Shown piece after piece: positions 59,624-64,000 of a stretch of DNA of 64,000 nt (its first letter is position 1; each line of letters opens with the position of its first letter). The notes under the pieces are model-generated. The model saw nothing but the letters and a program-made list of their open reading frames with translations, did not search any database and was not told where the DNA came from. Made by a program: the position numbers and the translations under genes. Location of the stretch: positions 35,076-99,075 of the forward strand of contig JAWCKZ010000003.1 of assembly GCA_038851325.1 (NCBI GenBank), written 5' to 3'. This stretch comes from Candidatus Bilamarchaeaceae archaeon. Lineage in GTDB: Archaea > Micrarchaeota > Micrarchaeia > Anstonellales > Bilamarchaeaceae.

Positions 59624-60855
59624 AAATTATGGAGCTTGCTCTGCCTCTTATCCTCTCCTCTTTTCGGGTTATTCTCAAGAACGAGTTCGCCAAAGACACC
59701 ATCATAACCAGGTAGCCAAACAACTTCTTTTTTATTTATTTTTACTATCCACTCAGCTATCTCTGGCGAGGTGGCGAATCTTATCTGTCTTTCATCTGCC
59801 TCAAATACAGATAACTCGTTTCCGAAGTATCTTATTAGCTTATTGTACTCCGTTCCAACGATCTCGGAACTTTCTTGTTTTTTAAGTATCTTGGAGATGA
59901 GAAATTTCAGCGGGACGATATACTGAAAAGGAACTGCATCTTTCGGTACAAAACCAGGTTTTCTGTCAGCAAGTTCAATAACCCGGTGAAGAACGCCTAT
60001 TGTTATCCGTCTTCGGCAGAGTGGACAGATATTTTTATGGTTGATTGCTTCCCAAGGACTCCATCTTATTTTGCAGTTTCTGTGGCCGTCATAATGATAC
60101 TTTCCTTCTTCTGGATAGAATTCGTATGTCTTAACAAACCCCTTTCTTGTCTTTATCGCATTGATAATGTTATCATACCCCAGTTCCTCGAGTTCGAAAA
60201 CGTTCGCTTCCCTTCCGAGCTTTTCAGGGCTGTGGCAGTCGCTGTTTGAGACCAAGGTGTATTTATCCAGTGAGCTTAGCATCCAGTTCATTGAGGGATC
60301 GCTGCTAAGCCCGGTTTCCAATGCAAATACTGCATCTGCCTTATCTTCAAATGCCTCCTCAACTGAATTGACACCAGAAACAGAACCAAAAATCCCGAAC
60401 CATGGCGTCCAGGCATGTGCTGGGATTATTGCAATCTTCTTTGAGATTGTCTGAAGCTCTTCAACCAGGCCTGCGGATGAGATTGAGAGCGCTGGCCTGC
60501 CATCCGCTGTCAGGTTTCCGTATTTTGTCAGTCGATCATTTATCTGCTCTGCTTCTTCCATACCAGGTGCTAGAATTACGTGGTGTATCTTTCTTATCTT
60601 TCTGTTCAATTCATAAACAACACTCACTTCGGTGGAAAGGATGAAATGAACCCCAGCGTAGGGAAACAGGCCGTTCTCTTCTTTCCTCAACTTCTCTTTA
60701 AGTTCGTGAAAGTATGCCGGATGGGTAAAATCGCCGGTCGCTACTACATTTATCCCCTTTGTCTTCGCGCCTTCTGCTAAGCCATCGACATCGCACCTGC
60801 TGCTTGTTGCCCTCGCATACTTGCTGTGAACGTGAAGGTCTGCAACAATTCGCAT
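59620..60855 (-). CDS. Endonuclease Q family (PHP domain) protein
   Basis: DLHVHSKY, PAHAWTP, ETGLSSD, SNSDCHS, GKYHYDGHRNC, CPLC, PGYDGVFG. Confidence 0.92.
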   Translation of the reverse strand: MRIVADLHVHSKYARATSSRCDVDGLAEGAKTKGINVVATGDFTHPAYFHELKEKLRKEENGLFPYAGVHFILSTEVSVVYELNRKIRKIHHVILAPGMEEAEQINDRLTKYGNLTADGRPALSISSAGLVEELQTISKKIAIIPAHAWTPWFGIFGSVSGVNSVEEAFEDKADAVFALETGLSSDPSMNWMLSSLDKYTLVSNSDCHSPEKLGREANVFELEELGYDNIINAIKTRKGFVKTYEFYPEEGKYHYDGHRNCKIRWSPWEAINHKNICPLCRRRITIGVLHRVIELADRKPGFVPKDAVPFQYIVPLKFLISKILKKQESSEIVGTEYNKLIRYFGNELSVFEADERQIRFATSPEIAEWIVKINKKEVVWLPGYDGVFGELVLENNPKRGEDKRQSKLHNF

Positions 60856-61004
60856 AAAAGGATTTCTCACTTTAGGTTTTAAGCGTTTTCTCCTTTTGGC
60901 CGTGCATCCCTGCTTGCGGAATTGTTACCGCCAAGATGGCTATCTGTCAGCTGGGGCAAGTTGTATCAGGTCAGCCAACTATATCTACCATTGGGATTAG
61001 TGGC

Positions 61005-61709
61005 TTATCTCCCAAATCTTCGCTTTCTTTTTGCGTATGCCCTTAGCGCTGCCATGAAATCGCGCTTCGAGAAATCAGGCCACAGCTTCTTGCAGAAATA
61101 GAGCTCGCTATAGACAGACTGCCACGGGAGAAGGCCGCTTAGCCTCTGTTCCCCGGATGTTCTTATTATCAAATCAGGGTCTGGAATGTGCGCTGTATAC
61201 ATGTGAGCACTTAAAATCTCTTCGTTAACCTCCTTTATTCCTTCTCTTATTATTGCATTGACAGCATCGACTATCTCAGCTCGTCCACCATATGAGAGTA
61301 GAAGATTGAGCATGTATTTTTCGTTTTTGGCGCTTATCTCTTCAGCCTTTTTGATCATGTCTTGAATCTCTTTCGGAAAAAGATGAATTCTTCCGAAGAA
61401 TCTGACTCTCACCTCGTACTTATTCTTCTCATCGCTCTCGAGCGCTTTCTTCAGATTCTCCTTAAAAAGCTCAAAAAGCCCTTCAACCTCTTCCCTATCT
61501 CTTTGGAAGTTTTCAAGGCTGAAGCCCCACATCGTAAGAATACGAATGTCTGCTTCCTTGCACCACTTTAGCACATCGCCTATGTGCCTTATGCCGATTG
61601 CGTACGCCTCCTTCTTACTCTTTCCGTGCTTTTCGCCCCATCTCCGATTTCCGTCCGGTATTATGGCTATATGTTTTGGTTTTATGACTAAATCTCTATC
61701 CGAATTCAT
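61005..61709 (-). CDS. uppS: cis-prenyltransferase (undecaprenyl/polyprenyl diphosphate synthase)
   Basis: HIAIIPDGNRRW, FSLENFQR, DLIIRTSGEQRLSG. Confidence 0.96.
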   Translation of the reverse strand: MNSDRDLVIKPKHIAIIPDGNRRWGEKHGKSKKEAYAIGIRHIGDVLKWCKEADIRILTMWGFSLENFQRDREEVEGLFELFKENLKKALESDEKNKYEVRVRFFGRIHLFPKEIQDMIKKAEEISAKNEKYMLNLLLSYGGRAEIVDAVNAIIREGIKEVNEEILSAHMYTAHIPDPDLIIRTSGEQRLSGLLPWQSVYSELYFCKKLWPDFSKRDFMAALRAYAKRKRRFGR

Positions 61710-61730
61710 AAACGTATTATCATTCGTTCT

Positions 61731-62732
61731 CTATTTATTTTTAATTGTCCTTCTCTTCTCTTGTTTGCACTCGCTATCCGTTGTTTTAGGCAGTTTCCAT
61801 TTCATCGGCTCCTTCTCATTCAAAGGATTAGGAAGCTGCGTCCTTGCTATCTTGTCCGTAACCATGGAAAGCGGTTCCAGCATTTTTCCCCTTTCCTTCA
61901 GCAGGCTGCGACGCTCTTCCCTCTCTGCTCTGCGGCATTTCTCCTCATAATACCTCATGATTGCAGCAGTGGAATCCTTTATTATTTTAAGCGCAGAAAT
62001 ATGATCTCCTTTATCTGCTGTTTTCTCAGCAATCTCCCCAAGCACTATAGCAGCCCTATACCGCACATACTGATCCTTCAAAGTATCTATCAACGCAGGA
62101 ACAGCAGGCTTTCCGATAGCAACAACTTCATCCATTCCTTCAAGAATTAGAAGAACAAGTACCTTACTCTCTATAGGAATCTTATCAAAACCTATCTCCC
62201 CAAGTGCCATAGCAGCCCCATTTCTCTCTTCCCATGTTTTCCCTTCCTCAAGCATTCGAGTAATCTCTTTCAACTGTTCTTCATTCACTCCAATCTTCCC
62301 AAGCGCCTTAGCAGCCCTATATCGCACAAACCAATCCTTGTTTTTCAAAGTATCTATCAATACAGGAACAGCTCTTGCATCTCCAATCTTCCCAAGCGCT
62401 ATAGCAGCCCCATTTCTCTCTTCCCATGTTTTCCCTTCCTCAAGCATTCGAGTAATCTCTTTCAACTGTTCTTCATTCACTCTAATCTTTCCAAGCGCCT
62501 CAGCAGCCCCTTTTCGCACATACCACTCATTATCCTTCAAAGCATCTATTAAAGCAGGAACAGCCCTTGCATCTCCAATCTCCCCAAGCGCCCAAGCAGC
62601 CCTATATCGCACATTCCCCTCCTTATCCTTCAATTGATGAACGTACCATTTTACTCGTAATCCATCAATACCTCTCAAAACAGGGCTTCTGTTCCAGTCT
62701 GTAAGCCTGTCCCACAATGTTTTCTTATTCAT
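61731..62732 (-). CDS. HEAT/PBS-lyase repeat protein
   Basis: Repeated VRYRAAxALGxIGDARAVPALIDALKD units; start MNKKTL at 62732. Confidence 0.92.
   Translation of the reverse strand: MNKKTLWDRLTDWNRSPVLRGIDGLRVKWYVHQLKDKEGNVRYRAAWALGEIGDARAVPALIDALKDNEWYVRKGAAEALGKIRVNEEQLKEITRMLEEGKTWEERNGAAIALGKIGDARAVPVLIDTLKNKDWFVRYRAAKALGKIGVNEEQLKEITRMLEEGKTWEERNGAAMALGEIGFDKIPIESKVLVLLILEGMDEVVAIGKPAVPALIDTLKDQYVRYRAAIVLGEIAEKTADKGDHISALKIIKDSTAAIMRYYEEKCRRAEREERRSLLKERGKMLEPLSMVTDKIARTQLPNPLNEKEPMKWKLPKTTDSECKQEKRRTIKNK
62190..62592 (-). repeat. 192-bp (64-aa) internal tandem duplication in the HEAT gene
   Basis: An ~82-bp identical block starts at 62209 and again at 62401. Confidence 0.9.
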
Positions 62733-62780
62733 GTTATAATTTATGTTAAAAAGGATTAAAAAGATTTGTTTAGATTGTGC

Positions 62781-62831
62781 GAGGCGTTGCAATTACTGTG
62801 TTTACTTATGGACGCTTGTCACGTGGCAAGG
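62781..62831 (+). mobile_element. MITE-like repeat, copy 3 (left part only)
   Basis: GAGGCGTTGCAATTACTGTGTTTACTTATGGACGCTTGTCACGTGGCAAGG matches the left parts of copies 1 and 2, and its start is an imperfect inverse of their right end. Confidence 0.6.
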
Positions 62832-62901
62832 CTTGACCACGTTGAAGTGCTCAGAAGCAATTGCTGATTTTTCCAACCTGATCTCGCACCTAAGATGCGA
62901 C

Positions 62902-63625
62902 TTATCCAACCGGCTGTTTGACGTAAGTAGCAAGATCAGGCTCCAGCAGCCATTTCGAAAGCTTTACGAATTTTATTTCCATATTGCCAAATCGTTCTGT
63001 TTTTTCCTGGCTTCTGGTTATTACGAGAAGGTTTGCTGACTTAAAAATGCTGGCAGCCCGCTCAAGCGCACGCAATTCATGCTTCATTACCCTTTCATCC
63101 TCGATATCATAGACGACCTGTATCATCTGGGTAATGCGATTCCCTTCTCTAACGAGAAAATCGACCTCATAGCCATCTGGTGTGGAATAATAGAAGATAT
63201 TGCGACGGCCATAGCGTCTGAGAAGCTCCACTGCAACAGTGTTTTCCATCACCCTTGCTTTCTTCTCCCCCCTTCCAGCATAGAAAAGGGTGTGAAAACC
63301 GGTGTCTGAAAGATATATCTTTCTCATACTCTTTATCGGCTCGTATGTACGAGATGAGCATTTAGGAATAGAGGTTATGAAATAGACCTCTTCAAAATAG
63401 GAGGCAAATCTTTCTGCAGTCGCAGCGCTTATACCAATGTTTCTGCCAATCCTCCTGATTGATAAAAGAGTAGAGGGATTTTCTGCCAGAATTCTGGCAA
63501 ACATCTCAAGCTTTTGCCCTTCCCTAACATTGTATCTCTCCTTAATATCCTTCACAACGATCGTGAGGAAGTAGGAGAGCAACAGGTCGTTGGCTCTCTC
63601 TATACTGAGCGCGACTTCTGCAAGC
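62902..63625 (-). pseudogene. 5'-truncated AAA_14/DUF4143 ATP-binding protein
   Basis: EVAL...SYFLTIVVKDIKERY, RKIYLSDTG, MENTV, EVDF..IQV match the C-terminal half; no Walker A/B upstream before the neighbouring HEAT gene. Confidence 0.7.
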
Positions 63626-63734
63626 AAAATAGACATTAGAAACATCAGTTTCTGCGCACCCAGGCAGCAAAGCTCGATCCAGTAGAAGCTCCAAACATAG
63701 TTTTTTACTATCATATAGATTCTCAGTCAGTTCA

Positions 63735-64000
63735 TTACATAGTCGCTTTTCTTTTCATTTGTAGTTTTCTCTCTGCTTCTGCCTTAGGACCATTCCATTT
63801 CATCGGCTCCTTCTCATTCAAAGGATTAGGAAGCTGCGTCTTTGCTATCTTGTCCGTAACCATGGAAAGCGGTTCCAGCATTTCTCCCCTTTCCCTTAGC
63901 ATGCTATAACGCTCTTCCCTCTTTGCTCTGCGGTATTTCTCCTCATAATACTTCATGATTGCAGCAGTGAAATCCTTTATTATCTTAAGCGCAGAAATGT
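63735..64000 (-). CDS. HEAT-repeat protein paralog, C-terminal part (runs off window)
   Basis: 63793-64000 aligns ungapped with 61795-62002. Confidence 0.85.
   Translation of the reverse strand, partial: ISALKIIKDFTAAIMKYYEEKYRRAKREERYSMLRERGEMLEPLSMVTDKIAKTQLPNPLNEKEPMKWNGPKAEAERKLQMKRKATM

Noticed and set aside
60871..61004. Possible ncRNA between the endonuclease Q and uppS genes
   Set aside because: Only a short hairpin (CTTGCGG...CCGCCAAG); no tRNA, 5S or SRP hallmark that I could support
594..63361. Numerous 60-200 aa antisense or overlapping ORFs in the six-frame track
   Set aside because: Shadow ORFs of well-supported genes, with no motifs and atypical composition
61795..64000. Diversity-generating retroelement TR/VR pair in the duplicated HEAT C-termini
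   Set aside because: Mismatches run in both directions and are not confined to adenines of one copy; no reverse transcriptase in the window
1..64000. CRISPR array, rRNA or transposase
   Set aside because: No regularly spaced repeat-spacer units, rRNA signatures or DDE/HUH ORFs recognised

Overview
A gene-dense archaeal chromosomal window, inferred to be DPANN and probably Micrarchaeota-like. That call rests on PolD DP2 plus PolB, class I LysRS, TBP, Rpo4, eL21, eS26, aCPSF1, proteasome beta, a VirB2-like pilin and HEAT-repeat paralogs; no rRNA is present to confirm it. Most of the window is housekeeping: replication, repair, translation, non-oxidative pentose phosphate genes, lipid-carrier enzymes and a type IV pilus ATPase/TadC pair. 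No CRISPR array, intein, transposase or rRNA was seen. The most unusual items are: (1) a full-length glutamine synthetase homolog that has lost most metal-binding and catalytic residues, flanked by two copies of an unannotated ~170-190 bp repeat with terminal inverted repeats, with a third partial copy near 62.8 kb and each copy sitting just upstream of a promoter; (2) an 807-aa membrane-anchored helical protein with a C-terminal caspase/CHAT-like His-Cys dyad; (3) a tRNA-Val(CAC) with a ~43-nt insertion in the D-loop; (4) an operon of a degenerate KaiC/RAD55 ATPase, a Roadblock protein, TldD and TctA; (5) a recently duplicated HEAT-repeat locus around a truncated AAA/DUF4143 gene; (6) a phased A-tract intergenic region. 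All calls come from manual motif reading; no database searches were run.
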